Below the pieces are notes generated by a model. The model searched no databases. It saw nothing but the letters and a program-made list of their open reading frames with translations, and was not told the DNA's origin. DNA of 20,000 nt from an uncultured virus (IMG/VR IMGVR_UViG_3300011969_000080). Lineage: Duplodnaviria > Heunggongvirae > Uroviricota > Caudoviricetes. Both the position numbers and the translations under genes were made by a program. This document shows, piece after piece, positions 8,561 through 15,895 of this stretch. Numbering within the stretch: position 1 is the first letter of the stretch; each line of letters begins with the position of its first letter. The stretch is from the IMG/VR virus record IMGVR_UViG_3300011969_000080. The stretch is one strand, 5' to 3'.

Positions 8561-8907
8561 CGCCGCAAGAGGCGATGGCCGCCTGGGCCATGGCCTGCTC
8601 GGAGTATGACGACGCCCAAGACGCCTACCGCGCAGCCGGGGCCGCCTACCGCGCAGCCGTCACGGGGCCCCTCACCGTCCGAAAGGAACTGATCACACGG
8701 GGTGGTCTCGCCGAGGGCGTCCTGGCCGCGGCACGCAAGGCGGCGCGCAGCGCCCACGCCCACGCGTTCCTGGCCTACAGCACAGCTCACGGGACGGACG
8801 TGGCCGACCTCTTCCTGCGCCTCGCCCCCACCCAGACTGTGTGCCCCGGGCGGGTCGAGGACGTCATCGCCGCCCTGCTCGCCCCGCCCACTGGGCCCAC
8901 ACGATGA
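8557..8907 (+). CDS. Array paralogue 12
   Basis: MTPQEAMAAWAMA...VEDVIAALLAPPTGPTR. Confidence 0.85.
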   Translation: MTPQEAMAAWAMACSEYDDAQDAYRAAGAAYRAAVTGPLTVRKELITRGGLAEGVLAAARKAARSAHAHAFLAYSTAHGTDVADLFLRLAPTQTVCPGRVEDVIAALLAPPTGPTR

Positions 8908-9296
8908 CACCCCATGAGGCGATGGCCGCCTGGGCCGGGGCCTGCGCAGAGTTCGAGTCCCTCGACGCGGAGCTCGACGCACTCACCGCAGCCCTCAGTC
9001 GGCCTGTATACGCGTCGGGACAGTTCCCGGGGTCCAAAGACCGGGCGTGGCTCGCCGCCTACGACGCTTACGCCATCGCCGCCCTGGTCGTCCGCCACGC
9101 ACACAGCGCCGCCTACTGCGCCTACGAGGACAGCGCCCCCGCGGGGGCCGCGCAGATGCTGGACCGGCTCGTGGGCGACAGGGTGTACGACACGGACGTG
9201 CTCGCCGTCGAAGCGGCCATCGCAGCGGTGCTCGCCCCACCGCTGACCCGCCTACCCTGCGTCGCCGCCAACCGGGTGGGCGGTGCGTGGACATGA
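8904..9296 (+). CDS. Array paralogue 13 (tail reads through the next promoter motif)
   Basis: MTPHEAMAAWAGA...VEAAIAAVLAPP plus a 17-aa extension spanning a degenerate class I motif (9257-9284). Confidence 0.82.
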   Translation: MTPHEAMAAWAGACAEFESLDAELDALTAALSRPVYASGQFPGSKDRAWLAAYDAYAIAALVVRHAHSAAYCAYEDSAPAGAAQMLDRLVGDRVYDTDVLAVEAAIAAVLAPPLTRLPCVAANRVGGAWT

Positions 9297-9700
9297 CACA
9301 GCTGCCGGAGACCCCGATGACACCCCACGAGGCAATGGTCGCGTGGGGCGCCGCAGTGGCGGCGACACAGGTGGCCGCGGAGGGGGTACGCGCCGCCGCG
9401 GTCGCCTACGTGGCCGCCTCCGGGGAGTACTACGACACCCCGCCTACCCAGGAGGCCGCGGAGGGGCGCCGGGCAGCGGCGGTGGTTGCCGCCGGGGTGG
9501 AGACGGGCGCCCTGGCCACCTACGACCGCGCGTGCGAGCACGCCATGTTCCTCCGGGGTGCGGTGTGCGACGCGTACGCCCGCGCCGGGTTCCTATGGGC
9601 CTTCGAGGCCCTGGGGACACTCGCCCCCGACAGGCTGGGCTGGACCCCCGACCTCGAAGACGCCCTGGCCGCGCTGCTGGCAGCACCGGTGTGGCCATGA
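9293..9700 (+). CDS. Array paralogue 14 (block leader)
   Basis: MTQLPETPMTPHEAMVAWGAA...PDLEDALAALLAAPVWP. Confidence 0.85.
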   Translation: MTQLPETPMTPHEAMVAWGAAVAATQVAAEGVRAAAVAYVAASGEYYDTPPTQEAAEGRRAAAVVAAGVETGALATYDRACEHAMFLRGAVCDAYARAGFLWAFEALGTLAPDRLGWTPDLEDALAALLAAPVWP

Positions 9701-10056
9701 CGCCCCACGAGGCGATGGTCGCGTGGGGCGCCGCCTGCGCCCTGGAGAGCGGGGCCCGCGCCGCCAGGGAGGCCGCGTTCGAGGCGGCGCTCGCCGTGCC
9801 CTTCGGAGGGTCGCCTAGCCGAGCCGGGATGGTGGCCGCGTTGGAGGGCTACGAAGCTGCGCTGGACGTGTGGCAGGCCGCGCAAGCACAGGCCCGCGCG
9901 ACCAGCGTCACAGCCTGCCGGGCCTACGGCCGGGCGGTGGGCCAGCACGCCACGGACCTGCTCCAGTTGTTGTGCCCGCTGGGGCTCACAGACGACGCGG
10001 GGGCGGTAGAGGACGCCATAGCCGCGACGTTCGCCCCGGCCGCCGTGACCGCCTGA
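9697..10056 (+). CDS. Array paralogue 15
   Basis: MTPHEAMVAWGAA...VEDAIAATFAPAAVTA. Confidence 0.85.
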   Translation: MTPHEAMVAWGAACALESGARAAREAAFEAALAVPFGGSPSRAGMVAALEGYEAALDVWQAAQAQARATSVTACRAYGRAVGQHATDLLQLLCPLGLTDDAGAVEDAIAATFAPAAVTA

Positions 10057-10171
10057 CCCCCGGCGTCTGTCCCGGGCGAACCACACCAAACAGTCGTGAA
10101 CCTGAGATGTGGAGGGGCTCTAACCTGAGATCCGGAAGCCGCGGCCCGCACTCCCCCACCCTGCCACCAGC

Positions 10172-10226
10172 GTGCCGCTACGGCAGCCCCCACCAATGAC
10201 GCCTGTTCTGTTGGGGAGCACCGGGC
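10172..10226 (+). repeat. 55-bp three-block motif, copy 2
   Basis: Blocks match copy 1 at 13/14, 6/6 and 17/17, with unrelated spacers of identical length. Confidence 0.8.
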
Positions 10227-10231
10227 TGGGG

Positions 10232-10259
10232 TTGTGCTCTCCGGCCCGGCGCACAAGGT
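10232..10259 (+). promoter_or_regulatory. Class I promoter-like motif (TTGTGC-N16-CAAGGT)
   Basis: Exact spacer; closely similar to the copy at 10556. Confidence 0.6.
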
Positions 10260-10303
10260 AGTGGCCAGGCGGAACCACCGCCAGCGCCGACAAGGAGGCC
10301 CCA

Positions 10304-10486
10304 ATGATCAGTAACCTCACCAGCGGCCGGCAGGTAGCCGTGACGTCCGTCCTGCCACTCGGCGAGATGCCTGATGGCCTGGCCCGGAAGCTCCAGCGCT
10401 ACTTCGGGGAGGCACTCCGCATGGAAGAAGCCCGCACGGCCCAGCAGCAGACGCCCGCCCCGTACCGCCGGTGCATCCGCAACTGA
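10304..10486 (+). CDS. Small hypothetical protein (60 aa)
   Basis: Strong RBS AAGGAGG at 10292-10298, downstream of a class I motif. Confidence 0.65.
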   Translation: MISNLTSGRQVAVTSVLPLGEMPDGLARKLQRYFGEALRMEEARTAQQQTPAPYRRCIRN

Positions 10487-10503
10487 CCTCGGCGCTGAGC
10501 CCG

Positions 10504-10547
10504 CGTCCGCCAAGTTTCCGCCCAGTTGCTCCCAGACTTGGCGGACG
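10504..10547 (+). terminator. Hairpin, possible intrinsic terminator
   Basis: Perfect 12-bp stem CGTCCGCCAAGT / ACTTGGCGGACG just after the stop codon. No U-tract and a long 20-nt loop. Confidence 0.4.
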
Positions 10548-10555
10548 GGCAGGGG

Positions 10556-10583
10556 TTGTGCTCCACCGGCCGGCGCACACGGT
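10556..10583 (+). promoter_or_regulatory. Class I promoter-like motif (TTGTGC-N16-CACGGT)
   Basis: Exact spacer; GGAG RBS before ATG 10629. Confidence 0.62.
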
Positions 10584-10628
10584 AATAGCTGGCGGGAGAC
10601 CCCCGCCGCCACAGACCCGGAGTACCCC

Positions 10629-11045
10629 ATGACTGATACGCCCACCACCGAGCCCGAGAGCCGCCGCCAGAAGGTGGCACGCCTCAACGCGGACCGCGTC
10701 GCCCGCTCACTCGCTGAGCACCCAGAGCTCGCGGCTGTGCGGGACGCGATGCTCGCCGGCTCTGATGTCCTCGACGGAACCACCGAAGGCTTCGTCGCGC
10801 ACCTCCTCGGCGTGTCCCACGAGGAACTCAAGGAGCACATGACCAGCGTCGGCCTCGTCTACGGCACGCTCGGCGACTGGGAGACCACGGCCGAGCCCTT
10901 CCTCGTCAGCCAGGACACCTTCGACGAGATGTGCGACACCCTCGCGCAGCCCGCGAAGGTGAACGCCCGCCTTCTCGACGCCGCCCAGACGTCGCGCGTG
11001 CCCTTCGACGGGCACGCCGGCGACACCACCCAGCTTTCGGAGTAG
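10629..11045 (+). CDS. Hypothetical protein with a DUF1778/TacA-antitoxin-like C-terminal segment
   Basis: RBS GGAG. LVSQDTFDEMCDTLAQPAKVNARLLDAA resembles the LSxxxFxxFxxxLDxPxxPNxxLxxA tail of DUF1778 antitoxins. Confidence 0.65.
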   Translation: MTDTPTTEPESRRQKVARLNADRVARSLAEHPELAAVRDAMLAGSDVLDGTTEGFVAHLLGVSHEELKEHMTSVGLVYGTLGDWETTAEPFLVSQDTFDEMCDTLAQPAKVNARLLDAAQTSRVPFDGHAGDTTQLSE

Positions 11046-11207
11046 TCGGTCCCGCGGCCGGCGTTGGGCCGTAGAGCACCCACGGTAGGGGCTGTCTGAA
11101 GTCGCGGCGCCAAGGCGCCCAGTAGAGCCGTCACCGGCGCCCAGGTCGCACCCGGGCCGTATCGGTGGTACGCACTGCTGGGCGCCACCACGCTGCCTGC
11201 GCGGGCC

Positions 11208-11276
11208 GGAACCCTACACCCGCGGCATCCTTACACCCAAGGAACCTTACACCCCGCGCGCCGGGTGTAAGGTTCC
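11208..11276. repeat. Iteron/operator-like cluster of GGAACCTTACACCC
   Basis: Three direct copies (11208-11221 with one mismatch, partial 11229-11238, 11241-11254) and one perfect inverted copy (11263-11276), all intergenic. Confidence 0.75.
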
Positions 11277-11403
11277 GCGAACACCTGCCCCACCCGCCCC
11301 ACGGGGCGTGAAAACAGCCGCCGAAGTCGCCGCGCAAATGCCAGATTCCGCCGTTGGGCACCCACGATGTGGAAGAACAGCCCACACGGACTAGGAGCCC
11401 CAC

Positions 11404-11688
11404 ATGCCAAACCGTAGCGCCCAAGAGAACCTCGACCGGGCCGCCGACCGCCTAGAGGCGCTGGCCCGCTGGCCCGGCAAGCTGTTTGACCTCCACGGCG
11501 CAGGGCCGCGCCACGACGACGGGCTTGAGTACGACGGCGCCCACGCCGCCGACGTGAAGAGGCAGGCAGGTCGGGGCCTCACCGGGGCCATCCTCCGCCC
11601 CAAGAAGCGGTGCTTCGGTTGCCACAAGAAGCTCCCCCGCAAGCTGGTCGGCGACTACTGCGAGCCCTGCACAAAGAACCGCACCTGA
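11404..11688 (+). CDS. Small protein with C-terminal CxxC...CxxC zinc ribbon
   Basis: RBS AGGAG; CFGC...CEPC. Confidence 0.7.
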   Translation: MPNRSAQENLDRAADRLEALARWPGKLFDLHGAGPRHDDGLEYDGAHAADVKRQAGRGLTGAILRPKKRCFGCHKKLPRKLVGDYCEPCTKNRT

Positions 11689-11719
11689 CGGCCGACAACG
11701 GCGAGCGAGGATCCTGACC

Positions 11720-12715
11720 GTGACCCACGACAGCACCCAAACCGGCAAGCTGCGAGCTCGCCAGTCCTGGCGACGCTGGCTCATTCCGGCCGCCGCGGCG
11801 GCGCTGGTGGTCCTGGTAGGCGCCTGCAGTGGCGGTGACACCCCGGGCACACCCGCCAGCACGCCCGGGGCAACAACGACAACCCCGCAGCCTACGGCCC
11901 CGCACGCCGGCGTGCCTGTGTCACCCCCACCTACCCCAAACGGGACCGTTACCGTGACCACCACCCGCGTGACACTGCCAGCATACTTCGTCGGTGCCAA
12001 CTCTGGGGCCGGCACGACGTTCGGCCTCTACCGGGAGTTCGTGCGAACCACGGTTCCCGCTGGCGCCACGCCGGCACAGAAGGCCAGGGCCGCCGTCGCA
12101 GTGGCGATGAACGCCCAGCCATTCACGAACTATGAGCCCTACGTGCAGCCCTGGTCCGGGACCAAGGTCGAGAACGTCACGGTCACCCCGAGCCTGATCA
12201 CCATCACGCTCAGTGGGCCCGGCGCGACCGGCTTCACCTCTGAGCAGACCAGGCTCGGCGTGCAGGAACTCGTGTGGACCGCGACCGCCGCCGTCGGTCG
12301 GGGAAACATCCCGGTCAAGTTCGTGCTCACCGACGGATCCACGAAACTGTTCGGCACCTACCCCACTGCCCTGGCCTACATCCGGCCGGTCAGGGATCTG
12401 GCGTATCTGGACCTTGCACCCATCTGGATCACCCTCCCCGAACGTGACCAAGTGCTCCGCGCCGGAGTGCCGGTGGTGGCCAAGGGTGAATCCTGCGCCT
12501 TCGAAGCCACAACGGCGTGGACGCTGAGCAGGAACGGTAGCACCGTCAAGTCCGGAACAACCATGGCCACCAGCGGCTGCCCGCTGCGCGGCACGTGGAG
12601 CGTAGCCCTGGGCAAACTCGGACCCGGCCGGTACACATTCCGAATGTACGAGGCCAGCATGCGGGAGGGCGTGGGCGTGGTCGCCGAAACGTCAAAACCG
12701 TTCACCGTCAAGTAG
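11720..12715 (+). CDS. Lipoprotein with GerMN-like and Gmad2 immunoglobulin-like domains
   Basis: Signal peptide with lipobox LVGAC, Pro/Thr linker, LYREF / QELVWTATAA (GerMN-like), and IWITLP...GESCAFEATTAW...GTW (Gmad2-like). Confidence 0.8.
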   Translation: MTHDSTQTGKLRARQSWRRWLIPAAAAALVVLVGACSGGDTPGTPASTPGATTTTPQPTAPHAGVPVSPPPTPNGTVTVTTTRVTLPAYFVGANSGAGTTFGLYREFVRTTVPAGATPAQKARAAVAVAMNAQPFTNYEPYVQPWSGTKVENVTVTPSLITITLSGPGATGFTSEQTRLGVQELVWTATAAVGRGNIPVKFVLTDGSTKLFGTYPTALAYIRPVRDLAYLDLAPIWITLPERDQVLRAGVPVVAKGESCAFEATTAWTLSRNGSTVKSGTTMATSGCPLRGTWSVALGKLGPGRYTFRMYEASMREGVGVVAETSKPFTVK

Positions 12716-12777
12716 CACCACCTGGTGGGCGCGCCAGCAGCCCCTATTTGTGCCACAGCCTGTGGCCCAAATGGCCA

Positions 12778-12811
12778 GTGGGTCTCCCGGCGGGCCTCGG
12801 CCGCCCACAGT
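12778..12811 (+). promoter_or_regulatory. Class II promoter-like motif (GTGGGT-N22-CACAGT-N7-ATG)
   Basis: Same geometry at 14942, 17104, 18495, 19002 and 19903 (N26 at 17705). Confidence 0.7.
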
Positions 12812-13280
12812 CCACGTCATGAAGCCCCCTAAGCACTGCGCCGTCCCCGGCTGTGGCACTGGCCCGCACCCCGAGCGGCGCAAGGTGGTGGGAAACCCGG
12901 CCTGCTGCGCCACGCACAAGAACACGCCCGCCGCCAGCCTGCCTACCGTGGTCGCCCGGACCCCCGCGCTCCCGCCCACTGCCCCCTACCGGGTTCCGGG
13001 GGTCTTCAACAGGAAGCAAGATGAGAAGCTTCACGCCGTCATTGCTGCCCTCCTGTCGCCGGGGATGCAGGTGCTGCCGGCGGACGGGCACCAGGCGTGG
13101 CCCCTGTACGTGGCCAGCTACGGCGAGTTCAGCAGGGTCTGGCTGACCAACACCCGAGGAGGCGCCGGCACCATTTCAGTCAAGGCGTACGAGTTGGCCC
13201 CCGCGGACGCCGTGGTTCTCCCCAGCCCCGAGGAAGTCGAGGCGGCCGTGGCCCGTGGCGATGTCAGTGTGTACCACGTG

Positions 13281-14667
13281 CCCCCTCCACGAACGAGTGG
13301 GTTTTATAGGCGACACAACTCGCGCGGTTCTGTCAGGTTCTCGGAGGGACTGCGTGCTTGCAAAGGGTGTACACCCGGGCCCCACCCGGGAGTAGGACTA
13401 CCGGGTCGGCGCTGTGAACCTGCGCGGTGCGACGCGTTCGGTAGTCCGGATGCCCGTCTGAGCTCACGGCAGCCGGCGTCCGTGGCAGCTGCGTGAGGTG
13501 AACTCTCAGATGCTTAGCCCAGACACCCGGCTGGTCACAGCGGTTGATGTTGAGGCGCATCAGCGCAAGGAGGTTGTTCATCCGTGACATGTTGCGGAAC
13601 GTCCACCGCCGCGACCGGAGGTGCTGACGCACAACCGCCAGCTTGGGGTCCAACGCACCCGTGGAGTAGTGCGCCGGTATCCCCGCACGCCAGGCGGTCT
13701 GAGCTGTCAGCCGCTTGTCCCACTTCCGCACCCAGCTCCCGGCCGTCGGCAGGTCCGCGCCCAGCACGGCATCCCGGAACGCGGCCCACTCCTGCGGGCT
13801 GTGGAAGGCGTCTTTGAGCAGGGCCCGGAAGTGGTTGCCCATCCTGCGTTGCCCGTCGGCGCGCAGGGCGTCAGCAGCCCTGACGTACAGGTGGTGCTCG
13901 CACCTGTGCTGCTTGACCCGTGGCCATACCGCGCGCACCGCGGCCGCTATCCCGCCATCGGCGTCAGAGACGACCAGCTCCGGCCTGCCAGGCAGCGTCC
14001 GTAGGAACGCCTTCCACGCTTCGGTGTCGTGCGCCTTCGCGGCGGTCAGCGCCCACAGACGGCCGCGCACCTGGCCGGCCGGGTAGCCCCACACGGCAAG
14101 GATGGAGAACAGGTCCTCGCTGCCAGAGCCGCGCGGGTTCGTCCACTTGAACAGGGTGGAGTCCAGCACCACGGTCTGCGGCCACTCCGGTTCGGCGTAC
14201 GCGGCGGCAAGGGCGGGACCGTAGCGGCCTACCCAGTCCGAGGCGCTCTGGCCACTCACCCTCCGGTCGGCGTCGCCGTCGCGAGAGACAACAAGCCTCT
14301 TGACCGCGTCGATGTAGGTGGCCCCACGGGCAACATCAACGAGCGCGGCGGCCACTTCATCAAGGGTGTACACGCTCCCGGGGGTGGCCGCTAACCCGTA
14401 GCCATCTTTGCCGCACTGGTCACAGGTGTGCCCGGCCTCGTCGTGGCGCGGCACCGCGAACGTGAACCCGTGCTTGTCTGGCTTCCCGTCCGGCCGGGTG
14501 AAGAAACAGCGCAGGCGAGCCCGGTGCGGTGTGCCGTAGGTGCCCTCTCGGTGAACTACGGAGTCCGGATGCTCCGCGCATCGCGGCAAGGTCACATCGG
14601 CGGGGCGAGACACCTCATGATTCTACCATGTGGCTAAGACATAAAACCCACTCGTTCGTGGAGGGGG
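13281..14667 (-). mobile_element. IS256-family-like (Mutator-type) insertion sequence, 1387 bp
   Basis: Perfect 27-bp TIRs CCCCCTCCACGAACGAGTGGGTTTTAT (13281-13307 and 14641-14667); 8-bp TSD ACCACGTG (13273-13280 and 14668-14675). Confidence 0.93.
13333..14613 (-). CDS. IS256/Mutator-like transposase with N-terminal zinc-binding region
   Basis: VVLDST; LVVSDADGGIAAAVRAVWP...HRCEHH (IS256 D...CxxH signature); lies between the TIRs. Confidence 0.85.
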   Translation of the reverse strand: MSRPADVTLPRCAEHPDSVVHREGTYGTPHRARLRCFFTRPDGKPDKHGFTFAVPRHDEAGHTCDQCGKDGYGLAATPGSVYTLDEVAAALVDVARGATYIDAVKRLVVSRDGDADRRVSGQSASDWVGRYGPALAAAYAEPEWPQTVVLDSTLFKWTNPRGSGSEDLFSILAVWGYPAGQVRGRLWALTAAKAHDTEAWKAFLRTLPGRPELVVSDADGGIAAAVRAVWPRVKQHRCEHHLYVRAADALRADGQRRMGNHFRALLKDAFHSPQEWAAFRDAVLGADLPTAGSWVRKWDKRLTAQTAWRAGIPAHYSTGALDPKLAVVRQHLRSRRWTFRNMSRMNNLLALMRLNINRCDQPGVWAKHLRVHLTQLPRTPAAVSSDGHPDYRTRRTAQVHSADPVVLLPGGARVYTLCKHAVPPRT

Positions 14668-14941
14668 ACCACGTGAGCTCGCGGGCCTGGTGGCTCAGCG
14701 TCCGGCGCCGCCACGTGGGTGAGCACCCCACAAAGCGCGCAGCCCTAGCCAGCGCAGCTGTCGCAGTTGGCGTGCTCGACTGGCAATCCTACGCCTACTG
14801 GGAGCTCCACAAGCTTCCCGAGGACCACCTCGACCTGGCGATCCAGCTGGCCCCCAGATGCGCCAGTGTCGGCGACCTGCTCGCCGCGGTGAGTGCCCTG
14901 TACACGCCGCCGGCCGCCACCGCCTGAGCTCCCCCGGCGGG

Positions 14942-14975
14942 GTGGGCGCTCTACGTCCCCGCGGGCCCCCACGGT
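14942..14975 (+). promoter_or_regulatory. Class II promoter-like motif
   Basis: GTGGGC-N22-CACGGT-N7-ATG(14983). Confidence 0.7.
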
Positions 14976-14982
14976 CGGTCCC

Positions 14983-15726
14983 ATGACCACCACCACGAAC
15001 GCTCTCAAGTGCGGCCACAACGGCTGCCCCACCAAGCCCACCCCATCCCTGCGCACCCCAGGCAAGCCGACGGACCTCGCCTTCTGTGGCGACCACCAGG
15101 GTGAGGCCCGCCGCGTGGCGCCAGCAGCCACCCGGCTGCAGCCGGCCGCAGCCCCCGTAGTTGCCCCGATGTTCGCGGGGGACAAGAGCACCGCGAAACG
15201 CGAGGCCCTCATGGGCTCCCTGGTCGAGGCGCTGATCCCGGCAGAGACTCGCGTGATAGTTGCCGGCACACACAACGGCGCCCGCCCGCCGTGGCCCGTC
15301 TACTACGACGACAACACGTTCCCCGGCATGGCCCGACCCGGCTCTGCCTCAGGCTGCGGCATTATCACCCCCGTGACCCGCATCGCGCCCGCCACCGCCG
15401 AGCTGCCCACCCCTGGGGAGGTCGCCGCTGCCGTGAAGTCCGGCATCGTTCGGGTGGCCAAGCCAACCACGGGCTACCCCTACCAGCGGGCCATGTGGGA
15501 CGTGCGCGTTGCCGGGGACCGCGTTGGCTCGTACACGACCAAGCGGGACGCGATGACGATGGTGCCGGCCGCCATGGCCGTCGCTGCGTGGCACGCGCCG
15601 CTGGCCGACATCCCCACCGAGCACCTCGGGGCCGCCGCCCAGATCGCTCAGGAGTACGGAAGCCCCGCCGAGCTCGTCGTGGCCGTGGCCGCCCTGTACG
15701 CCGACCCGGCCGACACCGCCAGCTGA
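14983..15726 (+). CDS. Zinc-finger-header protein with array-like C-terminal tail
   Basis: CGHNGC...FCGDH header; paralogue of the interrupted gene; ends LVVAVAALYADPADTAS. Confidence 0.82.
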   Translation: MTTTTNALKCGHNGCPTKPTPSLRTPGKPTDLAFCGDHQGEARRVAPAATRLQPAAAPVVAPMFAGDKSTAKREALMGSLVEALIPAETRVIVAGTHNGARPPWPVYYDDNTFPGMARPGSASGCGIITPVTRIAPATAELPTPGEVAAAVKSGIVRVAKPTTGYPYQRAMWDVRVAGDRVGSYTTKRDAMTMVPAAMAVAAWHAPLADIPTEHLGAAAQIAQEYGSPAELVVAVAALYADPADTAS

Positions 15727-15782
15727 ACGGGGACACCAGCCCCTTTGGAAAGTTTTGGAACTTTTGGACTTTTTGGAAACCC
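15681..15782 (+). repeat. About 102-bp direct repeat, copy 1 (gene tail plus AT-rich TTTTGGA tandem)
   Basis: Colinear with 16977-17078; includes four (T)TTTGGA units at 9-10 bp spacing. Confidence 0.8.
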
Positions 15783-15810
15783 TGCTCGCCGGCCCCCACG
15801 GTCATGTGTC

Positions 15811-15891
15811 ATGGCCACCCCTCGCAAGACCTGCGCCCCGCCTGGCCGCGCTACCCGACCGGGTGGCCGTCCTTCCCAGAAAGATGCGTGA
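15811..15891 (+). pseudogene. Orphan 5' remnant of a zinc-finger-header gene
   Basis: CACGGT-N8-ATG; MATPRKTCAPPGRATRP aligns with MKPPKHCAVPGCGTGP (12819), with the second Cys changed to Arg, then an early stop. Confidence 0.55.
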
Positions 15892-15895
15892 CCCC

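Larger units (their letters stand above)
4306..10056 (+). repeat. Tandem array of 15 paralogous genes plus one empty mini-gene
   Basis: Recurrent head MTPHEAMxAWxxA and tail (L/V/I)ExA(L/I)xA(L/V)(L/F)xxP, with ATGA/GTGA stop-start overlaps. Confidence 0.92.
12819..14927 (+). pseudogene. Zinc-finger-header gene interrupted by an IS (pieces 12819-13280 and 14676-14927)
   Basis: Removing the IS and one TSD rejoins ...DVSVYHV|SSRAWWLSV... in frame, giving 237 aa colinear with the paralogue at 14983-15726. Confidence 0.88.

Noticed and set aside
4306..10056. CRISPR array or integron cassette array
   Set aside because: The repeats are degenerate, protein-coding gene ends. There are no identical 25-45 bp repeats, no attC-like intergenic sites (genes overlap by ATGA), and no cas or intI gene in the window.
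4306..10056. Diversity-generating retroelement targets
   Set aside because: No reverse transcriptase in the window, and I saw no TR/VR pair differing specifically at adenines. Divergence involves all bases and indels.
4306..10056. WXG100/ESX substrate family
   Set aside because: Size and helicity are similar, but there is no central WxG and no C-terminal YxxxD/E. The conserved Trp is N-terminal.
12750..13496. ORFs 12750-13496 and 14529-14927 as independent genes
   Set aside because: Both are chimeras of IS ends with the two halves of one interrupted gene.
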